NCBI GenBank assembly: GCA_963695875.1
Contig: CAVOID010000003.1
Coordinates: forward strand, 32,001-96,000
Length of the DNA stretch: 64,000 bases
Source of the DNA: an uncultured delta proteobacterium
GTDB lineage: Bacteria > Desulfobacterota > Syntrophia > Syntrophales > UBA2185
Direction of reading: 5' to 3'
The first letter of the stretch is position 1; every line of letters begins with the position of its first letter. Shown in pieces: positions 1-10,500 of this stretch. Under the pieces are notes generated by a model. The model saw only the letters and a program-made list of their open reading frames with translations. It did no database searches and was not told the DNA's origin. Both the position numbers and the translations under genes were made by a program.

Positions 1-2
1 TC

Positions 3-188
3 GAACAGGAAATGATTGCAAGTCCGGCGTCAGAGAAGCAGGGTGAATTGATAGGACGGCTCAATCATATCGAAGAGGAAGTCAACAAAATGAAATTGCC
101 GGCGTCTTTTGCTGACCAGTTCTATGTACTCCGCGGGCACATAAACTTTGTCCGTAGCCGACTCATGGATAGCATTCAGTCGCACTGA
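3..188 (+). CDS. 3' end of a probable TAXI-family TRAP solute-binding protein (partial, runs off the window start)
   Basis: Manual translation ...RLNHIEEEVNKMKLPASFADQFYVLRGHINFVRSRL...SH* with stop at 186-188; resembles the helical C-terminal tail of long TAXI-type receptors. Confidence 0.6.
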   Translation, partial: EQEMIASPASEKQGELIGRLNHIEEEVNKMKLPASFADQFYVLRGHINFVRSRLMDSIQSH

Positions 189-638
189 GGTAGATAGAGA
201 AAACTAGGTGCGAGAACAACTCAAACTATAAACCCTAAGCTCGTCTCCTTCGCCTGATTCTCATACCTGTACCTACGATCACAATAAACACCAAAAAATA
301 AGGATACTCAATTAAGTATATTATCGGTACAAGCATCCACCTTATTTTACTGCATGACATTTACCTCCATTCTCAATTTTCATATTTAATTCTTTAGCAT
401 CTACAAAATCAGAAAAATTGCATCATAAGATTCATTTATGATACTTTGGAAAAAAACAATGTGATGTTTGCATTCATAAATCATGTGTGATAAATTCAAA
501 GAACTTCTCCTTACTATGAGCCGGCCATACCGATACTCTTCGGGAGGCAGGAATATTACAATAACATTGACGGTTTAATTTATTATAGCACTATTACCAT
601 AGCAGTGGTCTGAGCCCATTGTTCAATAGAGGGTAACT

Positions 639-2294
639 GTGGCAATAACTCAGAAAAATATGCCTTCCTCCAAACCGCCGTCCACCATAAATTTGAAAAA
701 GAAAAAAGTTCTTGTAGTAGAAGATTTCTTTAATTTCCGCCTCACCATGAGGAGGATGTTAAGGTCATTTAACATAAGCGATATTGACGAAGCTTCAGAT
801 GGTGAAGAGGCCGTAAAAAAAATGTCTTACAAAAAATACGACATCATTCTTTGCGACTACAATCTTGGGTCCGGCAAGGACGGCCAGCATGTTCTTGAAG
901 AGGCGAAATTTCGTGGATATATGGATTATTCTGCCATCTTTATGATGGTTACGGCATTGAATACCGCGGATATGGTTATGGGGGCCCTTGAGTATCAGCC
1001 CGATGATTATTTGATTAAACCATTTACTAAGGTGACCCTTGAAAAGAAATTAAAGAATTCTATCAAAAAGAAAGAAAATCTTAAAAACATTGAAAGGGCT
1101 ATCGAGAAGAATGACTATGCAAAGGCCATTGCTCTTTGCGATGAGCTAATTGACAGCAACACAAAAAACCTTACCGAGCTGCTAAAACTGAAGGGAGAAA
1201 TTCTTACAAAAAAAGGAGACTATACTGATGCGGCGGTATTCTATGATGAAGTACTATCCATGGGTAACCTGCCATGGGCAATGCTTGGTCTGGGCAAGAT
1301 TAAATTCATAACCGGCGATTATAATGCAGCAAAAGACATATTTGAGAAGATCATTGCAAAAAATGACAAGAACGTTGCTGCTTATGACTGGCTTGCCTTC
1401 ACCCATGAAAAGATGGGAAATCTAAAAGAAGCACAGAAGGTTCTTCAGGAAGCCATACATATTTCTCCAAAAGCTATCCTTCGACAGAAGGCTTTGGGAA
1501 ATATTGCATATAAAAATAAGGATCTCATTACAGCTGAGTACTCGTTTAAAGAGGCAGTGAAGCAAGGCAAGCATTCTTTTTTCAAGAGTCCTTCCGACTA
1601 TACAAGTCTGGCCAAGGTATTCGTGGATAAAAATGCTCCGGAAGAAGGTCTCAAAGTATTGAGCGATGCCGGCAGGGAATTTACTAATAATCCGGAGGCC
1701 GCTTTGCAGATTTCCGTGACGGAAAGTTTAGCCTTCAAAAAGATGAACCGTGAGAAGGACGCCAGAAAGGCCCTGGCAAAGGCGACCCAACTTTCGACCA
1801 CTCTGCCTAATAAACTACCCTCCAATGTTGAGCTTGATCTTGCAAAAGCCTTCTTCTTGACGGGAAATGAAGAAAGCGGCAAGGCCATCATCCAGCGTCT
1901 CGTTCAAAGCAACCACGAAGACCAGGAGTTAATAGGCGATGTCCAGGCTGTTTTTAAAGACCTTAATATTGCGGATAAAGGGCGGGAGATTATCTCCATG
2001 GCACGTAATGAAATCATTAAACTCAACAACGATGGCGTCAGGCTGGTCAAGGAAGGCAATCTCAGCAAAGCTATTGATTTCTTCGAACAAGCAGCGGATA
2101 ACCTGCCGGCCAACAAGGTAATCAATGCCAACGCTGCTCATGCCCTCGTGCTCTATATGCAGAAAAACGGCAGCAAACCCCTTTATCTTAGGAAAGCTAC
2201 GCGATTCCTCGACCGCGTAAAGAATATTGATCCTGCATACAAAGACCTTGAAAACCTGATGAAAATGTACAACGAACTGGACCGGGAGGAATGA
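639..2294 (+). CDS. Response regulator with N-terminal REC domain and TPR repeats
   Basis: REC motifs VVEDF, ILCDYNL (phospho-Asp), MVTA and IKPF, followed by many TPR-like helices. Confidence 0.9.
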   Translation: MAITQKNMPSSKPPSTINLKKKKVLVVEDFFNFRLTMRRMLRSFNISDIDEASDGEEAVKKMSYKKYDIILCDYNLGSGKDGQHVLEEAKFRGYMDYSAIFMMVTALNTADMVMGALEYQPDDYLIKPFTKVTLEKKLKNSIKKKENLKNIERAIEKNDYAKAIALCDELIDSNTKNLTELLKLKGEILTKKGDYTDAAVFYDEVLSMGNLPWAMLGLGKIKFITGDYNAAKDIFEKIIAKNDKNVAAYDWLAFTHEKMGNLKEAQKVLQEAIHISPKAILRQKALGNIAYKNKDLITAEYSFKEAVKQGKHSFFKSPSDYTSLAKVFVDKNAPEEGLKVLSDAGREFTNNPEAALQISVTESLAFKKMNREKDARKALAKATQLSTTLPNKLPSNVELDLAKAFFLTGNEESGKAIIQRLVQSNHEDQELIGDVQAVFKDLNIADKGREIISMARNEIIKLNNDGVRLVKEGNLSKAIDFFEQAADNLPANKVINANAAHALVLYMQKNGSKPLYLRKATRFLDRVKNIDPAYKDLENLMKMYNELDREE

Positions 2295-2298
2295 TATC

Positions 2299-2991
2299 AT
2301 GGATGATAAAATGGACTTTCTCGATATCCTTGCATCCACTCTTCATGATACGAAAAATTCTCTCGGGATGCTCTTCAATACGTTGGAAGAGATCATCGAA
2401 CAGTGCAAAGAACAGGACTGCTCTTTATACCAGGGATTTTACATGTTTCAGTATGAAATCAAACGCCTGAATTACAGCCTTATCCGTCTGCTGTCTTTAT
2501 ATAAGGCCGAAAGATCTCAATTTATGATCAACATAGATTACTACTCTGTCTGTGAATTTATCGAGGATACAGTATTGCAAGCTGAACCTCTCCTCAGTTC
2601 AAAAGGGATAAAAATCGAAACTGAATGTCCGGAGGGATTATTTTGGGCCTTTGACCACAGCTTGATCTCCGGTGTTTTGGATAATGTGCTGAATAATGCT
2701 TTTCGCTATGCAAAGGACAAAGTAAGAATCAGTGCCGTTAAAGAAGGCGAATACCTCTTATTACAGATAGAGGACAATGGTCCCGGTTACCCGGAAGCTA
2801 TGCTTATTACCGACAAAAAGGATTCATCTTACAAAAGAACTATCGATATCAATACCGGAAGCACGGGACTGGGCCTCTACTTTTCCATGCTTGTGGCAAA
2901 ATCTCATACAAAAAAGGATAGGGAAGGTTACATATCTATAGTTAATGGCGGTTCCTTGGGGGGAGGCGTCTTTACTATCTATATGCCTTAG
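2299..2991 (+). CDS. Minimal soluble histidine kinase (HisKA + HATPase, no sensor domain)
   Basis: H-box LHDTKNSL at residue 16, N-box NNAFRYA, DNGPG, GLGLYF; starts 4 bp after the regulator. Confidence 0.9.
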   Translation: MDDKMDFLDILASTLHDTKNSLGMLFNTLEEIIEQCKEQDCSLYQGFYMFQYEIKRLNYSLIRLLSLYKAERSQFMINIDYYSVCEFIEDTVLQAEPLLSSKGIKIETECPEGLFWAFDHSLISGVLDNVLNNAFRYAKDKVRISAVKEGEYLLLQIEDNGPGYPEAMLITDKKDSSYKRTIDINTGSTGLGLYFSMLVAKSHTKKDREGYISIVNGGSLGGGVFTIYMP

Positions 2992-3026
2992 GGTTACAGG
3001 CGCGGGGCAGATTTTCCCGCACTTAT

Positions 3027-3632
3027 TTATGAAGTGGTATTCGCGGGGAAATACTTATCAACCATTTCTTCCACATGTTTGAGCCATTCTCTCCGCTCTG
3101 CCGGTGTGCTCGTGGCGATAATGCCAAACATTTTTCGATAGAATTTCTTCACCCCACAGAGTCCAAAGATACAATCCTTCCATAATGCTTCCAGCGGATC
3201 ACCAAATACCTCCATTTCTCTTTCATTTGGTGTATTCGATGTATTGAATACAATGGCGGCTTTGGCTCTCAGCAACCCTATGGGAACGCCCTCGCCAGTG
3301 TCGCCTTCCTGAAATTCATAGGCCACTCCGGGTCGGAACACTCTATCAATCCATCCCTTAAGGATTGCAGGTGGTTGTCCCCACCAGTTCGGATGAATTA
3401 TCACAAAACCCTCCGCAGAGACCACTTCAGCACAATGTAATTCAATATCCGTTTGCAGGAAAGCATCTTTGGGGATCTCCTCATCCGGCAGGACGGGATC
3501 AAATCTTTCCTCGTAGAGATCGTGAAATCGGACGTTGTGTCCGTTTCTTCGTAACGTTTGCGTGGCGGTGTCAGCTATGGCTCGATTGAAACTTTTCACA
3601 TTTGGATGTGCGACGATTACTACTACATTCAT
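3027..3632 (-). CDS. NAD(P)H-dependent quinone oxidoreductase (flavodoxin-2, KefF/MdaB-like)
   Basis: AHPNVKSFN, DLY, HPNWWGQPPAILKGWIDRV. Confidence 0.9.
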   Translation of the reverse strand: MNVVVIVAHPNVKSFNRAIADTATQTLRRNGHNVRFHDLYEERFDPVLPDEEIPKDAFLQTDIELHCAEVVSAEGFVIIHPNWWGQPPAILKGWIDRVFRPGVAYEFQEGDTGEGVPIGLLRAKAAIVFNTSNTPNEREMEVFGDPLEALWKDCIFGLCGVKKFYRKMFGIIATSTPAERREWLKHVEEMVDKYFPANTTS

Positions 3633-3705
3633 AAATTTTTGAAGTGCTCACAATGGCATCAGATGTCCGATGCCATAAGTAATTTCATAACAGGACTACC
3701 CATGT

Positions 3706-5391
3706 CTATATTCTCGTCAACTGTCGGTACTTGATCCGGTGGGGCTGGTCGGCAGCAGCGCCAAGTCGCGCCTTTCTATCAGCTTCATACTCGGAATAGT
3801 TTCCATCGAACCAGATTGTTTTGCTGTCACCTTCAAAGGAAAGGATGTGCGTGGCGATGCGGTCGAGGAACCAGCGGTCATGGCTGATCACCACGGCACA
3901 ACCGGCAAAATTCTCAAGTGCCTCCTCTAGTGCCCGCAGGGTATTCACGTCAAGGTCATTGGTCGGTTCATCCAATAGGAGCACATTGGCTCCTTCCTTC
4001 AGCATCCGTGCTAGGTGAACCCGGTTCCGTTCACCTCCGGACAGGGTACCAACCTTTTTCTGCTGGTCTGTCCCGGAAAAATTGAACCGCGCAACATAGG
4101 CACGGGAGTTGACCTGGATATCCCCGAGCTTTATTGTATCGTAACCTTCGGAAATTACCTCCCAGATGGTCTTGTTCGGATCGAGAACGTCGCGGCTCTG
4201 ATCCACATATGCCAGTTTGACTGTTTCCCCGATCCTGATCGCACCGGAGTCCGGCGTTTCCTGGCCTGTGATCATCCGGAACAACGTAGTTTTTCCTGCG
4301 CCGTTCGGGCCGATGATCCCCACAATCCCACCAGGCGGCAGGGAGAAGGACATCCCTTCTACCAGAAGTCGATCACCATAAGCCTTTCCCACGTTTTCAG
4401 CCTCAATCACAACTTTGCCCAGTCGAGGTCCTGGTGGTATATAGATTTGCAGGTCTCCGGCGGTTTTTTCACTCTCCTGTTTCAGGAGTACCTCATAGGA
4501 ATTAATGCGTGCCTTTGATTTCGCATGCCTTCCTTTGGGTGACATTCGTATCCATTCCAGCTCACGCTGCAGGGTGCGCTGACGCTCTGTCTCTCTTTTC
4601 TCCTCTACTTGCAGGCGTTTCTGTTTTTGTTCCAGCCACGATGAATAATTCCCCTGCCATGGAATTCCTTGCGCCCGATCCAGCTCCAGGATCCAGCCAG
4701 CCACGTTGTCGAGGAAATACCGGTCATGCGTCACGGCAATGATAGTGCCGGGATAGCGCTGCAGGTGGTGCTCCAGCCATGCGACTGTCTCGGCATCAAG
4801 GTGATTTGTCGGTTCATCCAGAAGGAGTATGTCCGGTTTCTGCAAGAGAAGCCTGCAAAAAGCTACGCGCCGCCTTTCACCGCCGGAAAGGACTTTTACG
4901 GGAGTGTCTCCCGGTGGGCAGCGCAAGGCATCCATGGCCATCTCCAGCCGTGAGTCCAGATCCCAGGCATCAAGGGCGTCAAGCTTTTCCTGAACCGCTC
5001 CCTGACGTTCAATGAGCTTGTTCATCTCCTCATCCGACATCGGTTCGCTGAATTGTTCAGTGATGCGGTTAAATTCATTGAGCAGAGTCACAGTTCCCTG
5101 CACACCTTCCTCCACAATATCCCGCGCCGTCTTTGTTTCATCCAGGTGAGGCTCCTGTTCGAGAAATCCAACTGTATAACCTGGAGAAAGGATGGTCTTG
5201 CCGTTGAAGTCCTGATCCACCCCTGCCAATATCCGCAGTAGCGAACTTTTTCCTGAACCATTAAGGCCCAGAACGCCAATCTTCGCGCCATAGAAATAGG
5301 ACAAATAGACGTCCTTAAGTACCGGCTTCTTGTCATAATACCTGCTTACTCCGATCATAGAGTAAATCACTTTAGTGGTTTCATTCGCCAT
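3706..5391 (-). CDS. ettA: Energy-dependent translational throttle protein EttA (ABC-F)
   Basis: Two ABC domains (GLNGSGKS, GPNGAGKT, LSGGE), PKGRHAKSKAR linker and HRIKYRQL C-terminus. Confidence 0.95.
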   Translation of the reverse strand: MANETTKVIYSMIGVSRYYDKKPVLKDVYLSYFYGAKIGVLGLNGSGKSSLLRILAGVDQDFNGKTILSPGYTVGFLEQEPHLDETKTARDIVEEGVQGTVTLLNEFNRITEQFSEPMSDEEMNKLIERQGAVQEKLDALDAWDLDSRLEMAMDALRCPPGDTPVKVLSGGERRRVAFCRLLLQKPDILLLDEPTNHLDAETVAWLEHHLQRYPGTIIAVTHDRYFLDNVAGWILELDRAQGIPWQGNYSSWLEQKQKRLQVEEKRETERQRTLQRELEWIRMSPKGRHAKSKARINSYEVLLKQESEKTAGDLQIYIPPGPRLGKVVIEAENVGKAYGDRLLVEGMSFSLPPGGIVGIIGPNGAGKTTLFRMITGQETPDSGAIRIGETVKLAYVDQSRDVLDPNKTIWEVISEGYDTIKLGDIQVNSRAYVARFNFSGTDQQKKVGTLSGGERNRVHLARMLKEGANVLLLDEPTNDLDVNTLRALEEALENFAGCAVVISHDRWFLDRIATHILSFEGDSKTIWFDGNYSEYEADRKARLGAAADQPHRIKYRQLTRI

Positions 5392-5571
5392 TTAGCCTGA
5401 TAGTCTCCTTCTATTCAATAATTTCATAAATTCACATATGTTAAGGTATTCCCGATGGGACGAGCGACTCGCCTGTCTCAACCGTTTTACGTTCCCTTAT
5501 CGCATGTCCAAGACAGACGGGGCGCCTTTCCTACGAGTGATGATATGACAATGAACTTATACATGTCGACT

Positions 5572-6408
5572 CTATCCATCATTTGTAGCGGAAAGATAAC
5601 GGTCAAGTATCAAAGATGTTTGCTTTATGAGAACGCCGAACGCCTTTTCTCTTTTATTATCATCTATCATGAAGTGAACGACTTGAACCTCGGCTGAAAA
5701 CACACCCTGTAACAACCTGATGGTGTCGCATTTCCTCTGTTCCACCATTTCCCCTGTGCCATAGCTGTCCCCTTTCTGCTCGTTGGATCCGAAATCATCG
5801 ATTAGTAAAATGTGCCGGATTGCGCTTATGTTCAAGGCGGCTTTAAGAATTGCCCAGAACCGGGATTTGTTTTTATGGACACCTAGGTCTGCGGAGTTAG
5901 CCACGATAACTGGTGATGTATCGGGGGCAGCGGAGGCGGCCTTTGCTGCTATTGCCTGAACCTGGAATTCTTTAAGATATTTTACTATGTAACCCGTAGC
6001 TTCGGCGTAATGATCCGTAGCAACAATAACTCTAATGGAAGGATGCCCGCCTAATTTAATCAAAATTGGCTGCCATCGCCAGTCAATGCGGGAGTGACTA
6101 AGATAACTGTCTACAAATGAAGATGCTGCGTCGGAAATCTTATCACATGAGACAATAGACATATTCTTATGACAGATGGCACTTATCCTGTCTTCTATGA
6201 CTTTTTTATAGCCTGCTGTCGTTGTGCTCCCTTCCAGCCAGGTAGGATTGACGATCTGTTCCCAGAATATATCGGGACTGCTGATCCCCAGGTCCATCAA
6301 ACCGCTTTCTATGAGGTGATTCATTAAGTAGTCCGGCCTGGCGAATAATGTGGATTCAAGACTGAGTGTTCCTGAGTAATCGAAGATGATCAGCTTTTCC
6401 GGCACCAT
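5572..6408 (-). CDS. HAD-like hydrolase, hypothetical
   Basis: Motif I-like IIFDYSGTL, motif II-like VATDHY, motif IV-like LIDD; 15 bp downstream of thiE. Confidence 0.6.
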   Translation of the reverse strand: MVPEKLIIFDYSGTLSLESTLFARPDYLMNHLIESGLMDLGISSPDIFWEQIVNPTWLEGSTTTAGYKKVIEDRISAICHKNMSIVSCDKISDAASSFVDSYLSHSRIDWRWQPILIKLGGHPSIRVIVATDHYAEATGYIVKYLKEFQVQAIAAKAASAAPDTSPVIVANSADLGVHKNKSRFWAILKAALNISAIRHILLIDDFGSNEQKGDSYGTGEMVEQRKCDTIRLLQGVFSAEVQVVHFMIDDNKREKAFGVLIKQTSLILDRYLSATNDG

Positions 6409-6423
6409 GGTAGAAGGATTCCT

Positions 6424-7065
6424 TTATGTCGATCTTTTTCCCAGCGCTGCCTTGATGATGTCACAGAGTTCCCGGGAAGCCCTTAAAGGATCGGGAGCCG
6501 CGCAGATTGCGGAGACAACAGCGATGCAGTCGGCTCCCGCCATGACTGCATCTTTAGCATTAGATGCATTGAGACCGCCGATAGCGACCAAGGAATGGTT
6601 TGAATAGGCCTTGATTCTGGCCAATCCATCCAGTCCCCAGTTACCTTTCGTATCGGTTTTCGTCGGCGTCTCAAAAACAGGACTGACACCGAGATAGTTG
6701 ACATCGAGTTCCTGTGCCCTTACCACATCATCCCAGTTTTCTACAGAGAGGCCGATTATTGCCCGCGGTCCCATGAGCTTCCTGGCTGTCTCATAAGGCA
6801 TGTCTTCCTGACCGACATGAACTCCATCAGCCCCGGCGGCAAGGGCTACGTCCAGGCGGTCATTTATGATGAGAGGCACCCGGAATTGGGCTGTAAGTGC
6901 TTTTATTTTCCATGCCTCTTCCACGAAAACCCGCGTGGATACATCCTTTTCGCGTAACTGCACATAGGCAACTCCACCTTTCAGGGCCTGGCGTACGACG
7001 TCTTCAAGCTGTCTGTCACCACACATTTTTCGGTCAGTAACCAGATATAATCCCTGCACGGTCAA
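6424..7065 (-). CDS. thiE: Thiamine-phosphate synthase
   Basis: [43 protein letters not shown]. Confidence 0.95.
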   Translation of the reverse strand: MTVQGLYLVTDRKMCGDRQLEDVVRQALKGGVAYVQLREKDVSTRVFVEEAWKIKALTAQFRVPLIINDRLDVALAAGADGVHVGQEDMPYETARKLMGPRAIIGLSVENWDDVVRAQELDVNYLGVSPVFETPTKTDTKGNWGLDGLARIKAYSNHSLVAIGGLNASNAKDAVMAGADCIAVVSAICAAPDPLRASRELCDIIKAALGKRST

Positions 7066-7865
7066 CCCTCTATTTTGAGATAACGATTTATATCTTCTTC
7101 CGACAGCCGGTAAAGGGTATCCAGAAAGCGGACCTGAAGACTCCCAGGACCTGGTACATTCTCCGCAGCGATTTCTCCGGCAATACCCACAACCGCCATA
7201 GCTTGCGCTGCTGCTTCGGCAAACTTATGGTTGACGGCGGCAAATGCGCCACATATGGCAGTTGCTATGCATCCCATACCTGTAACTTTCGTCATCATGA
7301 GGTGACCATTCATGACTCTGGTTACATCATCCCTATAAATGATGTAATCTGTTTCTCCGCTGACACAGACAACGCTCCCGTAAATTCTGTTTAACTGGCG
7401 AGCCGCGTCAACTGCTGCATGCGAGGAGGTGGTGCTTTCCACCCCTTTTGTCTTTGCATCCTCTTTCAGAAGGGCCATAATTTCCGAGGCGTTACCTCTG
7501 ATGATCGCGGGCGGGACTTCCTGTATCAGCTCTCTTGCCGTACTGGTACGGTATGTGGTTGCGCCTGCGCCGACAGGGTCCAGGACTATCGGGATGTTCA
7601 TTTTTTTTGCCTGATATACGGCCCGGAGCATCGCCCGTATCCAGTGGGGGCTTAGGGTCCCGATGTTAATGACCAGAGCGCCGGCAATGTTAACCATATC
7701 TTCCACTTCCTCCTCTGCATGGGCCATAACAGGGGAAGCCCCTATTGCCAGCAATGCATTGGCCGAGTTGTTCATGACGACGTAATTGGTGATATTGTGA
7801 ACCACCGGCGAATTTTGTCTGATCTTTTCAACGCATGACCAAATACCGGAAGCAGAAACTTTCAT
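7062..7865 (-). CDS. thiM: Hydroxyethylthiazole kinase
   Basis: [44 protein letters not shown]. Confidence 0.95.
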   Translation of the reverse strand: MKVSASGIWSCVEKIRQNSPVVHNITNYVVMNNSANALLAIGASPVMAHAEEEVEDMVNIAGALVINIGTLSPHWIRAMLRAVYQAKKMNIPIVLDPVGAGATTYRTSTARELIQEVPPAIIRGNASEIMALLKEDAKTKGVESTTSSHAAVDAARQLNRIYGSVVCVSGETDYIIYRDDVTRVMNGHLMMTKVTGMGCIATAICGAFAAVNHKFAEAAAQAMAVVGIAGEIAAENVPGPGSLQVRFLDTLYRLSEEDINRYLKIEG

Positions 7866-8074
7866 AATGTAACTCTCCTCATATCAATTTAATCGGCCTT
7901 GGAATGTACCACATAAGATACCGGAATGTAAACAGGCTGTTGTTTTCAAAAAGTTTGTCAATTTCTCCTGTTGTGTGAGTTTGTTGAATATAGTAATTTA
8001 AATCATTCGGCACGAAATTTTATCAATAAAGTATGTAACGTGTAATAATGGACTGGGGTCTGAAAGGAGGAGCA

Positions 8075-8278
8075 ATGCCTTACGTAAATATTAAGATAAC
8101 AAAGGAAGGGGTTACACCGGAACAAAAAGCCGAACTTGTGCGCGGCGCAACGAAACTGCTGGTGGATGTCCTGGGGAAGAATCCTCAAACGACAGTTGTG
8201 GTTATTGAGGAAATCGAAACAGACAACTGGGGAATCGGGGGAGAAACGGTAACCGTGCGGCGGCGAAGAAGGCAATAA
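8075..8278 (+). CDS. 4-oxalocrotonate tautomerase family protein
   Basis: GGAGG RBS then MPYVNIKI (catalytic Pro1), EQKAEL, NWGIGG; start corrected from 8048 to 8075. Confidence 0.9.
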   Translation: MPYVNIKITKEGVTPEQKAELVRGATKLLVDVLGKNPQTTVVVIEEIETDNWGIGGETVTVRRRRRQ

Positions 8279-8346
8279 ACGCATCACCGTTGCTAAAAGC
8301 CCAAGCCAGTATCCGGTTGTGTAATTTCGTAGAATTCGGATTTCAT

Positions 8347-9381
8347 ATGAACAGCATCGAACAAATTATTGAAAGACTGAAAGAAAATCAAGAAATTGCT
8401 CAAAAATTCTTCGAGATCGAAACAAGTGTTTTATCTATCCTCAATTTTAAGGATTTTTTGGAAAAACTGTTAACGGAAATACAGAATAAATTGAAGATTC
8501 CCTATGTGTGGATTTCGCTGATTGATAAAAGCGATATCACTGACATGATTCAAAAATCAGCAACATCGGAAATCCTGAGGGAGCGCACAAATGTTATTGA
8601 CAGGGATTTATTTCTAAAACTTATCAAGAATAAGACAGAGCCTATTCTCGTTAATGATGATTTAAGAACATTCTATGCACTTTTCCCCCAGCAGCATAAG
8701 CATCATATCCAGTCCCTTGCCGTTGCTCCACTGACGCTTGATGGTGAAATTATCGGCAGCTTGAACGAAGCGGATAATTCAAAGTCTCGATACCTGCCCG
8801 ATATGGATACGACTCTGCTTAAGCAGCTTGCCACTATCCTTTCTATCTGTCTGTCGAATGTTATGGCTCATGAAAGACTCAATATATTGGCATCGAGAGA
8901 TTCACTTACGGAATTGTTGAATCGCAGGTCCCTGGAACAGATACTCAAAAGGGAATTTGAGCGAGCAGTACGGTACAGGACACCACTTACCGTCGTTTTT
9001 ATCGATGTGGATGATTTCAAGATGGTGAATGATCGGTACGGCCACAAGGCCGGTGATGAGGTACTGAAATATGTGGCGACTCATTTATCGCACATGACTC
9101 GCGGGAGTGATGTTGTCGCAAGATTTGCAGGTGATGAGTTTATCATCATTCTTCCCAATACGCCTCTTGATGAAGCCTCTGAATTGACTAATCGTCTGCA
9201 GACTTTTTTTATCAATCATCCCCTGGATTTTGAAGGCATCCAGATCCAAGTATCAATAAGCTGCGGGTTATCGCAAATAGAAGAAGGGGCTGATGATGAC
9301 GCTACGTCTCTCTTGAAAAAGGCAGACAAGATGCTTTACAAGGCAAAGAAGAAAAAAAGTACAAGGCATTCCCACCTGTAA
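8347..9381 (+). CDS. Sensor diguanylate cyclase (GAF/DUF484-like + GGDEF)
   Basis: DSLTELLNRR, DVDDFKMVNDRYGHKAGD, RGSD I-site, RFAGDEF active-site variant. Confidence 0.85.
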   Translation: MNSIEQIIERLKENQEIAQKFFEIETSVLSILNFKDFLEKLLTEIQNKLKIPYVWISLIDKSDITDMIQKSATSEILRERTNVIDRDLFLKLIKNKTEPILVNDDLRTFYALFPQQHKHHIQSLAVAPLTLDGEIIGSLNEADNSKSRYLPDMDTTLLKQLATILSICLSNVMAHERLNILASRDSLTELLNRRSLEQILKREFERAVRYRTPLTVVFIDVDDFKMVNDRYGHKAGDEVLKYVATHLSHMTRGSDVVARFAGDEFIIILPNTPLDEASELTNRLQTFFINHPLDFEGIQIQVSISCGLSQIEEGADDDATSLLKKADKMLYKAKKKKSTRHSHL

Positions 9382-10306
9382 ATCCGATTGCCCTATCTTA
9401 CTAACGAGACGACCCCGCAACTTCTCGATGGATTGTTTCGCGGCAGAAGGATTCTTAAGCCTGATGGCGCCGATGATGTAACGGCCAGACTGCTCCACGA
9501 ATACGCCTCCATACAAGGGATCGACAGCTGCTATGGAGATTCGATCGGAAAGCTCGGTCACTTTCATGCCCTGACCCTCAGTCTTCAGATAAGAACGATA
9601 TTGATCAACGGCCTTTCGAGCAGCATCCTGTGAATCCTCGGGCACCACGAAGACCTGTACCTGTTCGTCTTCTAGAATTGCATCAGCTATAATGCCCCGG
9701 CGGAAAAAGGCATATCCCAGGAGGCTTTTGGCGATATATCGTTCACTCTTCGGCACTATCCCCGGTATTCTTAGAATCTCAAGCTCTCTAGGAGGGCCTG
9801 CATTTAAAGGGAGGTTCTGCGAGACAGCTCGACCACAAGCAAAGAATATGTCCTGTTTCAGGCTCGTCGTTCCGGTAACTTGAATTCTGACAAAGTACCT
9901 GTCCTGATAAAACATCAGTTGAGACGAAGAAACAAATCCCTCGGCACCTATGGTAACCCACGAAGCATTCGTCTTCCGGTAGTTGGAATAAATCCCGAAG
10001 GCATCTATCAGGGAACCCATCTTATAGACATCGGCTATAATCCACAACTCCGGGTTTCTTCTATTCACATATGTGGCCGTGGCGAGCACCTCAAACCCGT
10101 AAGGAAAATAGAGCTCCGCTTCACCATTAATATGATCGAACAAATTATCCTTATTGAAGAGAGTTGCCTTGTCCTTAATAACCCAGTCTTCAGAACACCC
10201 GCCCGCAAGCAGAACATTCCCCATGGACCTGTCAGCAGCAAACAGCGGGACCTGGTGCACAAAATACGCATATAATCATTAAGTAGATCATGCCGGATCG
10301 GCACAT
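9268..10306 (-). CDS. Exported protein, DUF6599-like (frameshift at ~10262; 3' end uncertain)
   Basis: GGAGG RBS and ATG at 10306 give a signal-like MCRSGMIYLMIICVF that joins ORF 9268..10260 at a T-run; LFDHINGEAELY and DAFGIYS motifs. Confidence 0.65.
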
Positions 10307-10500
10307 TGATAACCTCCGTGTCAGCAAGAATTAAATTGTTCGAATACCATGCCATGTTTATGAAATAATGCTTTTCCCCAGGCTGTTCAATAACGCTCAG
10401 ATGCAAGGCCCCGAAATCCTGAGGCGCGAGGTGTACTAGGGTGTACGCCGCAGCGATGAAGGATGAGGAAACGCCGCAGATTGGCATTTGTCAACAGCAC

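Noticed and set aside
7866..8074. TPP riboswitch upstream of thiM
   Set aside because: No CTGAGA or CCTGA...TAAT...GCG.AGGGA core visible on the minus strand
9268..9381. 114-bp tail-to-tail overlap between the DUF6599-like gene and the cyclase
   Set aside because: More likely an indel removed a stop near 9395
10065..10487. 140-aa ORF between the AKR and DUF6599-like genes
   Set aside because: Overlaps the reconstructed start at 10306 out of frame and has no motifs
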